Shown: positions 1 to 13,007 of the stretch, in pieces
Layout: every line of letters starts with the position of its first letter
How positions within the stretch are numbered: position 1 is the stretch's first letter
NCBI GenBank assembly: GCA_002269645.1
Contig: NIVC01002684.1
Span: forward strand, 47,674 to 111,673
Direction of reading: 5' to 3'
DNA: 64,000 nt
DNA from: Macrostomum lignano
Lineage: Eukaryota
Notes under the pieces: generated by a model
Told to the model about the DNA's origin: nothing
What the model saw: only the letters and a program-made list of their open reading frames with translations
Databases searched by the model: none
Position numbers and translations under genes: made by a program

Positions 1-14
1 GTTCGGATACTTAC

Positions 15-110
15 CGCACTGTTTTTTCAATGCATATATGGCCTTCTTCAATTTTTCGCTCACATCAACCCTGGATTTTAGAAAGCTGTCCATGAGAGCT
101 AATATGGTCA
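15..110 (-). CDS. Candidate 96-nt coding exon of an unidentified minus-strand gene running off the window start
   Basis: Minus-strand acceptor ...ggaaattcag| at 111, donor |gtaagt at 14. Symmetric 96-nt open frame (TILALMDSFLKSRVDVSEKLKKAIYALKKQC). No homology recognised. Confidence 0.3.
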
Positions 111-336
111 CTGAATTTCCAGTTACAACTGTACCTGACTAAATTTTATCTGCAATGCCTGAAATTAAGTGTCTGAAATTTTCCTGTGTGCAAATACAAT
201 TCGGCACCAATGTCAATGAAAGCTACTTGAACACTGGACTTAAGTTTTTTATTTTCAGTTATCAGCTTTGGCTTGAAAAATATATTAAAATGCTTCTGTT
301 TCACTTGCTACTGAATTGAAAGTGTAGCTGTTTTCC

Positions 337-472
337 ACTAACAGCGTTTAACTACTTGTTTTTCACTAACAGCGTTTAACTACTTGTTTTTCACTAACAG
401 CGTTTAACTACTTGTTTTTCACTAACAGCGTTTAACTACTTGTTTTTCACTAACAGCGTTTAACTATTTGTT
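337..472. repeat. 28-bp tandem repeat (actaacagcgtttaactacttgtttttc), about 5 copies
   Basis: Directly visible tandem units. Confidence 0.9.
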
Positions 473-1112
473 AAATATAAATATAATATACTATTAAATA
501 TAATAACATTCTTTCCCTTTTTGTCAACTAAAATGCACAAAAGAATTGCTACAATTTATTCATTTGAATTAACAGAATCTATCCATACAAGCGAAGCAGT
601 AGATTATGCTGCATTATCCTTTGGAAAACTAAATTAATGTGAAAATCGGCACAATATAGCCGGATACATTTCCAGACTTACGTCCGGATTCAATGTACAT
701 ATCTGGATGTTTCGTCCGGATACAGAACTACAATATCCGAACAAAGCATCTGGATATGTAAAGTTGGCGTCACTTATCCGAAGAAACGACTGGATATTCT
801 CCCACTGAACAGATGCAGAGAATATCCGGCCGAAATTAAAAAAATCCGAACCGAAATCCTGCCCTATTTTCCAGCGGGTGTATTCTTGATAAATATTTTA
901 GCAGCTTGTAGCACATTGCGAGTCTTAAATGAAAATAGTTGCCTTTTTATTTGATTGTGCCTATGGGCTAAATAGAGTAGCGCAGTATGTAAAAATAAAA
1001 GTGGTACCATAGACTAAAAGTCATTAGGCTAGTCACCACAATATTTTTAGTATTTACATAATTTTTAGCAATATAAGTAAATTGTTTTAAAATTGAGACA
1101 TTATTTAAATAG

Positions 1113-1380
1113 ATAATAATAATAATTTGATTATACCTGTCCTAATGAGCAGATATGCAACTGATATTTCAACTATAGCTTTTTGTGTGGCTTATTTGAT
1201 GGTTGCATAGGGCTATTTAATCTAAGAACTAGGGATTGCCATATATACACAGCCTCAATTACTTTAGCTAATGCTAATACTTATGTTATAGCTGAGTGAA
1301 CTGAAGCAATGCAGAGTTGTGTCTTGCTCAAGGATACAACTTGTTTTGAGTAGGTCAAGAATTCAAATAAAATCAACTTT
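1113..1380 (-). mobile_element. Heavily C>T/G>A-mutated copy of the CORE-type SINE
   Basis: Collinear with 11765-12057 and with the reverse complement of 13008-13272. Shares gtgaactgaagcaatgcagagtt, gtgtcttgctcaagga and the (aat)n tail. Confidence 0.8.
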
Positions 1381-1708
1381 TACTCCTCGATACTTATTAT
1401 CAAGATTGACTTTAGAAACAGAATATACTGAAACTGATTAATATTATAGCATAATAAAGCACCAAGTAATCCAATTAGTTAAGAAATTTATATAGATGTA
1501 ATTTGTATGAATATCATATAATCGATTTATTTTTACTGGCAATAAAAAGGCTCAAGCTATCAAGTATAATAAGGAGCCTCATTTTGACAATTATATTTTG
1601 TGAAAAATGAATTTCACAAAGATACAAGTCGGTTAATAAAATCAATAACATGTTCACGATATTGCATGACAAATAATTGACAAGGATAGATAGAAGTCTT
1701 CCATTACA

Positions 1709-2005
1709 ATGTCACCAAAGTCGTGGAATCCGTGGAAGGCGTTTGACATCAGCGAGAAGGAGCGCCAGCTGATTGACAAGAGGCGCCAGATGCGCGAGTT
1801 CTGGGCCCAGGAGTACGTGCGCAAGTCCACCTCGCCACACAGGCCAAACTACAGGCTGGTGTTCGACCCGGCTGTGCAGCGGGCCATCGCTGCCAACGCC
1901 ACCATGGAGAACTTTTTCCGGCCAAACCGAAAGTCAACATTAGCGTTCCTTGGCTCGATTCTCTTCCCTGTGTGCTACGCCCTAAGCTATGACTACTTTT
2001 ATCGG
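1709..2005 (+). CDS. NDUFB4: NADH:ubiquinone oxidoreductase subunit B4 (B15), exon 1
   Basis: MSPKSW...ISEKERQLIDKRRQMREFWAQEY...PHR...VFDPAVQR...FRPN followed by a TM segment matches the NDUFB4 layout. Phase-0 donor gtgagt at 2006. Confidence 0.85.
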
Positions 2006-2052
2006 GTGAGTTTTCTTGGCTTACTTCGATATCTTTTGAAATTTGAGTGTTT

Positions 2053-2721
2053 TATGGTATGAAGAAATGGCCAGTTCACGTGTGTGCTATGGCATGAGAA
2101 ATGGCCAGTTCACATGTGTGCTATGGTATGAGAAATTGGTAGTTCACGTGTGTGCTATGGTATGAGAAATGGCCAGTTCACGTGTGCTATGGTATGAGAA
2201 ATGGGCAGTTCACATGTGTGCTATGGTATGAGAAATGGCCAGTTCACATGTGTGCTATGGTATGAGAAATGGGCAGTTCACGTGTGTGCTATGGTATGAG
2301 AAATGGGCAGTTCACGTGTGTGCTATGGTATGAGAAATGGGCAGTTTACGTGTGTGCTGTGCTATGGTACGAGTATGAGAAATGGGCAGTTTACGTGTGT
2401 GCTGTGCTATGGTATGAGAAATGGGCAGTTCACGTGTGTGCTATGGTATGAGAAATGGGCAGTTTACGTGTGTGCTGTGCTATGGTACGAGTATGAGAAA
2501 TGGGCATTTTACGTGTGTGCTGTGCTATGGTATGAGAAATGGGCAGTTCACGTGTGTGCTGTGCTATGGTATGAGAAATGGGCAGTTCACGTGTGTGCTA
2601 TGGTATGAGAAATGGGCAGTTCACGTGTGTGCTATGGTATGAGAAATGGGCAGTTCACGTGTGTGCTATGGTATGAGAAATGGCCAGTTTACATGTGTGC
2701 TACGGTATGAGAAATGGCCAG
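2053..2721. repeat. ~33-40-bp minisatellite (tatgagaaatggccagttcacgtgtgtgctatgg) filling the NDUFB4 intron
   Basis: Tandem units visible. The ORFs over it are periodic artefacts. Confidence 0.95.
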
Positions 2722-2826
2722 TCACGTTGGATACCTTGATAATAAGCATCAATGAGTAAAATTTAATTTCAGTATGAGAAATGGCGAACTCCTGTGCTTC
2801 ACTAATCTGTTTGCCTCAAATTGCAG

Positions 2827-2898
2827 CAACCATTTCTGAAAGCCCTGGCGAACGGAGAGGTGCCCTACAGAAATCGCAAAGGCAAGGAGCTCTACTGA
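2827..2898 (+). CDS. NDUFB4: NDUFB4 exon 2 (QPFLKALANGEVPYRNRKGKELY*)
   Basis: ttgcag acceptor at 2825-2826, phase 0. The GEVPYRNR C-terminus resembles invertebrate NDUFB4 ends. Joined protein is 122 aa. Confidence 0.8.
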   Translation, partial: QPFLKALANGEVPYRNRKGKELY

Positions 2899-4672
2899 GA
2901 AGCGGAGGAGATTCGAGGCACATCTTCTGTTTCCTAAACTAAATGCTTGCAAAGTTACAGTAAATATGCTATAATTAGTACTCAAAATAGGCAGTGTAAG
3001 ACCTGTTAGTAGAAGTCTAGTTTGCTAATGTTAGATATTAGTGTTCACCCCATATAGCCCTAACACAAATCTAATATTTATGCACAAAGTTCTAAGCACT
3101 TAAAATCCTCTTCATGCTACTTGACACCCGGGATTTAGTAGTGCTGACTGACGTTACTTAGTTTTTTATTTTGCTCGGCTTCTGTAGAAATAGAAAGTTA
3201 AAATAAAAAATATACACAACCTGATCTATTAGTATCAGCAGAGCTCGAGCATTTCTGTAAGTGTGTTGGATTAACTTACAGATCCGAAGTGCGTCCTTCC
3301 AAATCAATCGCAGTCTGGTGTGTTTTGCATTCTTACTCTGGGCAAATTCGCAATCAATAAAAAGCTAAAAAGTTCTGCTTACGATCGTAGATGAAGGCCA
3401 GTGGCCACCGAAGTCTGCTGAAACGTGATTCAGACACGTGGTGGTCAGAAATCCAGGTGAACTGTGCCTTTCTTTCATCGTCAGAATCACAGTGCCATTT
3501 TCAGAATGCCAAAAATTGTAAGCCAGAATGCCATCTGGCAGGCATCATGCAGTCAAAAGGTTCAAAACCAAGGAAAACACTAACATCTACTCTACCTTTT
3601 TCTTTCTCAGCCTCTCTGGCGCACAAGTCTGCAGATTTCGTGTTTACAGATTCTCGAATTCGAGCTTGACAACTGATGGAAGTCTTGAAATCCCTGGGGA
3701 TATGAAATCGTTGCTCGTCTAACAAGTAGTAAGAAAATAAACGCCAACAATAACATATACAATTTTTCTTTTTAACCAACGCGTTTCGTCAATCATAAGA
3801 CTTCGTCAGGGCCAATTCAATTCAACTGAATGCAATACACCAGTGAACACACTGTACAGTCCAAAGGCGGGTCAAAACAGTCCGGTAGAGTTCAATAAGC
3901 CTAAGTACAGAATGGAGGGAGAGACAGAAGACACGACACTGCTCCCGGCAAGATGTTTCTCTGCAAGATTCGCATGAATTACCCGACTGTTAACTGGTCA
4001 GCGATCCTGTTTGAAACAAGGAGACGTACGATTTCGTCACGCAAACAGGATTCATACAAGATAACATTTTGCCTAACCGGAATGGGGCATGTTATCTTGT
4101 TCAAGCGAAAGTTATCCTGTCATGTAATCTGGTTTATTTACCAGAGCGAGTACTCTGAGCTCATGCTCCATGATCCACTCCATTGCCAGCTAACTGCACG
4201 GTCAGTTGGGTTTGTGCATTCTGATTTACGAAGCTTCATTAACATAGAATCTTAATTTTCTAAACAAAACAAAGAACATCAATACTAGTAGGGCTGTAAG
4301 AATAGATAAGGGACATATCAAACAATGAACATTGGGTCTGCCTCCTATCAAAAACCGTTGTACGTCAAAGTCAATTTTAGTCAAAGCTTCTTTCGAACCA
4401 AGCCAGCCCATGGGGCATGGCTTCGAGCCATACAGTTCTAGAAACTGAATTAACAGTAGCTAGCCTGACCAACTTATTCGATCTGCCAGTCCTAGCGAGT
4501 ACTTTTTCACATTTCTAGTCGGACTTCTCGTTCTCACAGATCCGATGACAGCTACATGTAGGGGTCGTCTGGATTATGCGCTGTCATGAGTTCCGTACTG
4601 TACTGGCATTTTTCATCCGAAGTTCTTCATAGCCTTTAGTGTTCTTATATGAGGACCCTCTGGTTCGATTGT

Positions 4673-4967
4673 CAGGGGCGTCGCCACCGGGGGACAAGGG
4701 GGACATCCCCCCCCCCCAACCCAACCTATTGTGACCCGTTGTGGAAATAAAAAAATTGCTTGCTTCAGGGCGACAAAATGCTTCAGGGTGTGGCTGCGGC
4801 GCCAAAATCAGTGACTGCAGCGCTAAAATGAGTGACTGCGGCGCCAAAATGAGTGACTGCGGCACTAAAATGAGTGCTGACAATACCGATTCTGAAAATA
4901 ATGTACATGTACATGTAGAATTCTTGGCTTTATCCCCCCCAACGTAAAATCCATGGCGACGCCCCTG
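4673..4967. mobile_element. MITE-like element with CAGGGGCGTCGCCA terminal inverted repeats and an internal 21-bp tandem repeat
   Basis: caggggcgtcgcca at 4673 and tggcgacgcccctg ending at 4967. About 4 copies of ggcgccaaaatgagtgactgc inside. No clear TSD. Confidence 0.65.
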
Positions 4968-6193
4968 ATTCTAATGTTAGATTTAGTTTTAAGCCAGAAT
5001 CGGCTGCTACATGCATAAAATTGCGACTATGCAACCAATATTTCGAGTCCGGATTACAGATGCGAGTAACTATATACGTACTGTATATTTAATGCCGTCC
5101 GCTTGTAAAAACCAATAAACTTAACAAATACGTTCGTACAAGCAACACACGCTCCATTAGGTTGTGCGTTCCATACATGTAAAATTACTGCAACGAACCT
5201 ATATAGACCCATGAACTCGCTTTGCAGGCTTCTATAAAGGTACAGCAGTCCCCGTTAAGCCGCTCAGAACTTGCTCAGGCGAAAAATGTTCTTATTATAG
5301 CGCTCGTGATTGCGTCATGCTTGACTGCTTGCGAGTTTCTCCATTAGGACACGAAGCTGTAAAACTGATTGATATGCTCGCCCATATTCCTCCGATCAGC
5401 AGGGCGTCGTCTGAACGCTTTTTCTGAGGCCGTACAATGCCTTTCACATTTATTTAGCTATATATAGTCACGAACAACAAAACAGCCATGAAAAGGTCGG
5501 GCTTCACACGATGTTAAGAATTTTTTCTCAAAGATTTCCATTGCCTGCATGTACCAGCGTATATGCAAATATTAATTACGGATGAAACAATTAAAATATT
5601 GTTTGCAATTGGGAAAGATGATGTAAGGAGCTATTACAACAATAGGTTAGCAGACTGTCACAGCTGCTATTGACAATGTCGGCTAAAATGTATTCGACAC
5701 ACACACGCAGCGCAGGGACTGTTGAAACAAATACACTACGGTATTGAATGCTTTAAAAAATAGAATGATGGCTGATTCACTCTCAGGCATCGGGTTGGAT
5801 GACAGCTCACGCGCGCGAAAAAAGCTGACTAACAAAAATTCGACTGCGCGGCGAGTATTTTGCTGAAAAGACACAGCTGCCACGTGGGTGGCACGTGACT
5901 GTACAACTGGTGACTTTGACTCGTATCCATAGCGACAGGGGTTAGCAGTGTGACACAGGACGCACAATACGAGAGTACGATCGACAACAAATACATGTGC
6001 GCTGGGTTACGAGCATCAGTTTTGCTCAATTTCGAGCATTGCAAGCTCCAGCTGGCTAATAGAGGCTCAACTGCAGGCTCTTGATGACAACCTCCGGATT
6101 GAAGCGTGAACAATTATAGAGCTCGAAAAACTGCAGTTCGGAGACAAGTCTCACGGTCTAGTGAGCTCAGATTCTTTGCTATTCGGCGTCATT

Positions 6194-7448
6194 TCACAGG
6201 TGACTGACCATCACAGTAGTGCCCAGCAAGTCGTCAAGTTCCTCGCGCGGTCCAAACGCCTCGTCGCTGCGGCAGAGGCTCCGCGAGCTGCTGCCTACGG
6301 ACACTGTCGAGCCCTGCGACTTGTTCCGCGGCTGCCGCTCGGCCAGCATGTTGTGCACCACCGAGTTGGCCACGTGCTGGCTGAAGGCTACGCAGGAGTT
6401 GCGCCGCTCGGCAGAGGGGCTGCCGTTGGACGGGATGCCGTAGATTATGCGTGGCGCTGACTGACAGCAGCCGGCAGGCCCTGGTGAGAGCTGCGACGTT
6501 GGCCCAGGCGTCGTCGCAGGCAGCTGCGGCAGCGGAACGGAGATTGTGTCGGTAGCGTTGGCTGAGTTGGCGGATGGTCGCCGCAGAGGATTATTTCTCC
6601 AGCGCAGGTGCGAACGGAAATGTTTGTTAAGCGCGGCGTAAATGAAAAAGTTGGCGTTGATGCAGAGCAGGTAGATCAGCTCGCACACCGGGTGCAGACG
6701 CCTGTACAGTGGACAGCAGGTCCAGAGCATGGAGCTGCCACAGGGACAGCGGCGGTACAGCAGAGCAAAAACGTCCTTGAACAGCAGAGAGCGGGGCACC
6801 TGGCCGCAGAGGAACACAAATATGACGACAATTAGCAGAACCGTCAGTCGCCTCTGGGCTCTGATGCGTTTCAGAGAGGCCTGCAACACCTTGGAGGCCC
6901 GCTTCGCCGACAGGTACCGACTACTGCTGCCGTCTCGAGCGCGCCTGCTGTGGCAGAGCACCAGCACCAGCAGCAGCGTGTTGTTGACGGCCAGCAGCAG
7001 CAGCGGCAGCAGGGTGGAGGCCCCGAGTCTGGCTAGCGAGTAGGCAGAATAAACGCTGGACCTGCCAAAATTCGTGCCTTCAATCAGCACGGAGAGCGAG
7101 GAGGTCGAGTTGCCTTCTCCATTCGGGTCCGTCCCGTTGTCGGTCAGGCGCCGGTCGAATTGAGTGCGCATGTTGAACGAGCTGGGCAGGTTAAGCAGGA
7201 AGCTGGCGCAGCAGACCAGCACCACGGTGAGTTTGGTGTCGGCCAGCTGGCATCGGTTCCTCCGGAAGTGCAGATAGCGCATGGCCAGGTAGCGCTCGAT
7301 GCCCAGCAGGACGGTGAGCCAGGCGCAGGCCGTCTGAAAGCTGAAGCTCACGGTTGTCACCACGTAGACGCTGCTGACGACCGAGACCAGCTGCGCGATT
7401 CGGAATGCGGATGAGTCGCACGGGAATCGGTCGCTGTGCTCCGTGCAG
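6194..7448 (-). CDS. Orphan class A peptide-type GPCR (FMRFamide/sex-peptide-receptor-like), exon 2 (TM3-TM7 and C-tail)
   Basis: GIERYLA (DRY-type motif), TM6 LTVLLIVVIFVFLCGQVPRSL, TM7 INANFFIYAALNKHFR. Acceptor ctgacatcccgcag| matches the phase-2 donor of exon 1; an alternative in-phase AAG acceptor lies at 7478. Confidence 0.88.
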
Positions 7449-7478
7449 CTGCGGGATGTCAGGTTGAATTTCATGTTC

Positions 7479-8077
7479 CTTCAGGTGTTGTTGCCACCCC
7501 AAACCCATCCTTCAGGTGTTGTTGCCACCCCAAACCCATCCTTCAGGTGTTGTTGCCACCCCAAACCCATCCTTCAGGTGTCTCCGCTACTCCAAACCCA
7601 TCCTTCAGAGGTGTTGTTGCCACCCCAAACCCATCCTTCAGGTGTCTCCGCTACTACAAACCCATCCTTCAGGTGTCTCCGCTACTACAAACCCATCCTT
7701 CAGGTGTCTCCGCTACTACAAACCCATCCTTCAGGTGTCTCCGCTACTCCAAACCCATCCTTCAGGTGTCTCCGCTACTACAAACCCATCCTTCAGGTGT
7801 CTCCGCTACTCCAAACCCATCCTTCAGGTGTCTCCGCTACTACAAACCCATCCTTCAGGTATTGTTGCCACCCCAAACCCATCCTTCAGGTATTGTTGCC
7901 ACCCCAAACCCATCCTTCAGGTATTGTTACCACCCCAAACCCATCCTTCAGGTATTGTTGCCACCCCAAACCCATCCTTCAGGTATTGTTGCCACCCCAA
8001 ACCCATCCTTCAGGTATTGTTGCCACCCCAAACCCATCCTTCAGGTGTGGGATACGCTACCAAACCCATCCTTCAGG
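7479..8077. repeat. 31-bp minisatellite with two unit variants at the 3' end of the GPCR intron
   Basis: aaacccatccttcaggtgttgttgccacccc and aaacccatccttcaggtgtctccgctactac units. Confidence 0.95.
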
Positions 8078-8443
8078 CATGATTGATTATTCATCAAAGC
8101 AGATTTTCAAGTGCAATTGAGGGTAAATTTTGTATCGACATGTATTGTGTCTTTAAGCTTTGAAACAGTACAAAATCACACATTTTGTGTTCGCTCTTCG
8201 CATTTTTTAATCCTGTCGTGCAGTAGTTTTTCGCGAGGCGCGGTTTCCATGGATGGGGATAAAAAATGCCGCCATTTTTGCAGCTCCGTTGAGCCAGGAA
8301 AGGAAAATCTGATTTCACAGAATGAAATAAAAATCTCTGTTCAATTCAGAAATTCTCAAGCCAATGCTCTGACTTATTCATATCTGAGAGCCCCAATTTA
8401 AGATAACCTTTGTCTACTGTGGAGAAAAACGTGAGCTGATAGG

Positions 8444-8737
<294 letters not shown>

Positions 8738-9778
8738 GTACCATCTGTATACGCCCTAAGGCTGCCAGCTCATCCAGTTGAGATAAAAGTACAACAGCGC
8801 CTTTGAGAAGAGGGATCCCCCGATGTCGTGAAGATTAGCGGATGACGAGGCGGCGCGGTTAAGCACGCTCTCTCTAAGCCTCCGAGTCAAACCTTCACTT
8901 CAGAGCTCCAGTATGTGAGACTGGGAGCGGACGGGTCATGTCATCTGGGATGGAGCTTCGTGTTGAGCACTCTCACGTTCCCCTCTGAAGAGCAATGAAT
9001 GGCTGCCGCAACCAGGTGTGGATGAGGATATGAAAGCTTATACTAGTGCAGTAAACTTAATATCGAAATATATTAGAAAATAAATCCCTGTCTCGTCGCG
9101 AAAACGCGTTGAAGTTCCCGCGGCCAAATTAATTTGGGGCCACTGTGCCTACCCAAGGCGCAAGTAAAGTGTACATCCTTGACGAATAGAAAGTCAGGGC
9201 CTCTGTACACCTTGTGTGAGCTGTTTGTGTTCAGGGAGTTGCCATGACTGCTTGCTTGATTGACACCTTGACCTACAAACTAGCTGACAAATAACTAACT
9301 GCAGTAACCAACCAGGTAAATAAAAGTACATCTGTACTCTTCGAAATGGAAATTTCTTCTATAGGATTTGCCAAATCCCCAGTCTGGAGATTGAACTGGG
9401 CCTGGCTCGCTTGATTGATTTTTTTCTCACGTAGAAACTCTTCAACATTCACATTATAACAAAATGACCTTCACCGTGATTTACTATTCGACAGTTATAT
9501 AGTACACTCCAACTTGCGCCTAGTCAAAAAAATTTCAGCTTAAGCATGAGAGGCCTTGTCGACCGGGAAAACAAAACAATACATCAAATTGGTAAAAGCT
9601 ATTTGGCTTAGCGCTGCTACCTGAATTTCTCAAGTGGACGAAAATGCAAAATCAAAACAGAATTTTCCCCTGGGCCCAGCCCGGGTCTTCTTGTTTTCGA
9701 GGCTGTCAACATAACTCGCTGTTTTTTCTATTCAGGCAATTTTTTATTTATGACAGTTTCAACTGGCTTCTCTCTAAA

Positions 9779-9978
9779 TGTCAGTGTAATTAGCAGTGTG
9801 ACTGTCAGTGTAATTAGCAGTGTGACTGTCAGTGTAATTAGCAGTGTGACTGTCAGTGTAATTAGCAGTGTGACTGTCAGTGTAATTAGCAGTGTGACTG
9901 TCAGTGTAATTAGCAGTGTGACTGTCAGTGTAATTAGCAGTGTGACTGTCAGTGTAATTAGCAGTGTGACTATCAGTG
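9779..9978. repeat. 24-bp tandem repeat (gtcagtgtaattagcagtgtgact), about 8 copies
   Basis: Directly visible. Confidence 0.95.
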
Positions 9979-11764
9979 TGGCGATTTGTGACAGAGAATG
10001 TTGTTTCAAGCTCAAATTGGTTCCTGAATGCATTTGAGCCGCGGATAAATGAATCTGTTGCTTCATCAACGGTTCGAGTTTAATTTCCTGCTAATCGGAA
10101 GCCGCCAAGATGCATAGGCACTGAAGTGCAGCCGCGACTGGGAACTGGGTGTCTTGGCTGCATCCAGCAGAGGCGGTAGACCCGAAAATTAACAATTAGG
10201 CAAATGGATTTTTCCGTTCCTGTCTAATCAGTTTGGTTTCTGTTGAAACGAAATTGACAAAAACAAAAACATGTTTTTGAGCCGGCCGAGTTCCAGCAAA
10301 ATTGCGCTGATAATAATAAACGTTTTGGTAGGCGGTAATCTGCCTCTCCGGGATCCAGTTTCTCAGTTGCTTATCTCGGTCTTCTCAGATCTGAGAGGGT
10401 GCAGATAGGAACCGAAATCCCTAAAGGCAGCAGAGGGGGGCAGACGGGCAGACAACACAACCCGAGAGCTGTCTTGGTGATGTTGCATCAAGCCGCACTA
10501 AAGCCACATTTCAGATTAATCCCTAGCCGAACGAGGATTTAATCCCAAAAATTTTATCCCTGTGGCTGCAGCTTATCTAAAAAATTCCGCCGTCTCTGTC
10601 TTCACTTATTCTATACGAGTACATGTACAGATGCGTTAGCTAAATCTGTAGCTGTGTACGAGCGTACATTCGGTACAGCTCTGGCACTGCGGTAGTAGCA
10701 AGTTTTGAAACTTCCGACTGCTGCTAACTTCTGCAGATAGCGGGGCTGGGTTCAGGCTGCTGCTGAGCATTTTCTTTTGTATCAATCACAGATTCTACGA
10801 GTATATTGCCTAGATGCATCACCCCAGCATTCGATAATGTAGCTCGAATTTAGCGGCCGTCTCCGAGGCCCCGAAAAAAGGGGGGTCAGGGCCATAGACA
10901 CCAGCTGCAGAAGCTATAGTCTATGGTAAAAACCCCGGGGTTTCGCGCTGTGGTCCTCCAGCTGATGGAGTGGGCCATCTAGGGTTATATAGTAGAATCT
11001 GTGCTATTGATAATTTACTTGATGCGGAGTATTGATTACAGAAGAGCTGAAAAGTACATGTACTGATGTAGCATTTATTTTGTAGATGGCTGGAATAAGA
11101 ATGTAGAGCCAGAGAGTTCTGGAGCACGAAGTGCCCATGTCATAACTGCACATCCGTCGAGTTGAAGATGTTTGAACCCAACTACATGAAGCTCACAATT
11201 TCTTACAAGCTGGAATTCACTATTCCACAATAGCTCAAACCCAATCGCACAAAAAGAGCGGGATCGCGGATCGGATGGATAGAGATTCGATTTTAGACAA
11301 GCTCTATATTTAGGTTCCACCCTCTATTCGCAACGGGCCCGAATCAATAATTCTATCGATCTGCCAGCCCCCCTTGATGACCGCATCGCCCGATCCCTGG
11401 GAATCTGCAGCATGTGACAGCCGCCGCCTCCTTTCTATCCGCATGGGACTCTGTATCGCACTTCACTGTAGGATTGTAGAACATTCGCTTTCAGTCAGTG
11501 CGCCGTTCTTGTGCACACGTTTCAAAACGGCCCCCCTTTCAGAGCCAAAATCGATATTATTTAGCGAACCTGCAATCAACTGAAAAGCGTCTCATAAAGG
11601 TTCAGCTGTGGCTTCAGTCTGCCTGACACTCGGTTTCTAGAGAAAGTTTGGCTGGCTGGAAGATGGCTTGAATACACAGTTAGCGTTAAATGCATCCCTA
11701 TTCATGCATTTTGCAGCAGCATCTCCCTTACCTTTATGGGTCTGTCTGAGTTGAGGTTGAGGCC

Positions 11765-12057
11765 TAATAATAATATAATAATAATAACTGATTACACCTG
11801 CCCCAATTGGGCCTGATGTGCAACCGACAGCTCAGCCGCAGCTATGCGTGGCGCATCTGAAGGCTGCGTACGGCTGTTCAGTCCAAGGACTGGAGGGTCC
11901 CCACGCACCCTCAATTACCCCAGCTAATGCTGGCACCCATTTTACAGCTGGGTGAACTGAAGCAATGCAGAGTTTAAAGTGTCTTGCTCAAGGACACAAA
12001 TTGTTCCGAGTGACCTTGAAGTCGGGAGTCCGACGCTCTGACCACTAGGCTACACCC
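11765..12057 (-). mobile_element. tRNA-derived CORE-type SINE (A box retained, B box deleted)
   Basis: Minus strand reads ggtgtagcctagtggtcagagcg (A box), then gtgtccttgagcaagacact...ttcagttcacccagctgtaaaatggg resembling the MIR CORE domain, then a (tta)n tail. Confidence 0.75.
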
Positions 12058-13007
12058 GTCGAGAGCTAAACAGAGTCGAACCGGCTAAGACGGAGTCGTT
12101 CGCGGATCTCCGTTATAAAACGATCCGAAATGAGATAAGGCAGTTCAGTTGCGTTGCCAAGCCGATTTTGCCCGGATCAGCTTCCGCTGGGCGCCGATAA
12201 CAGAGAGATAAATAATAATAAATCTGCCAACCCGGGCCGGGCCATCTGGCTCCAAGGACAGCTCAGCCAAGGAGACCTTGGATAAGACATCTGGGCTGTC
12301 AGATATTCTCTAGACCCTCAATTTTAGACACTGGGAGGCCGCTAGTTTGAGCAATATATCTCACGAATTTTCTGATAATGCCTCAGTAAAACATTGCGGC
12401 CATTATTGTCTTGATCGATGCATTTTTCGTTCTCCGGTCACATTCGACTCAGCTAGTGATTCGGCCTCCAGAACTGTGCAACCTCTACGTGTCTGACAAT
12501 TGGTGTTTTTGACAGAGTCGCTGCTATTCCAAGTCATCGTTCAAGATGTCCTTGGCACAGCGTCCGGCGTCCTTGTAGCGCCTGGAAATTCTCCATGGTT
12601 GGTTAAGAAGCATCTCTATGAGTATGTTTAGCGAGACCGACCGCAGGGAAGCTTCGAGAAGCACAAAGCAGGCGTTAGAAACCGAATAATGCGGTTCGCG
12701 AATGAGCTTAGCGCCCTGGGCCTTCGGTTCTCTCAATCTACTTATCCTCTGAGCTCATGCACATTGTTTAGTTCATTCCCACACAGGGCGTCGAACTCCA
12801 CAATGGATTCGGCCACATAGCGCGGCCAACCACATTAATTTTCGGGCTCTGTGCGCAGAAATGTGTACGGGCTGTACCATTCCCGTCCACGAGACCCAAC
12901 CTTCAAGGTGCAGAGAGTGTACATGCCTGACGATAGAAAAGCCAGGGCCTCTGTGTGCACCCTGTGAGAGCACACGCTTGCGAGTCGACTCAAAGATCTC
13001 CGACATC

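Noticed and set aside
6161-7508. Overlapping antisense and alternative-frame ORFs on the GPCRs, transposase and ARP2
   Set aside because: Expected shadows of GC-rich coding sequence; no independent motifs.
10780-11012. 19-bp inverted repeat pair with a nested short palindrome
   Set aside because: No TSD, family-type TIR or second copy; insufficient to call a MITE.
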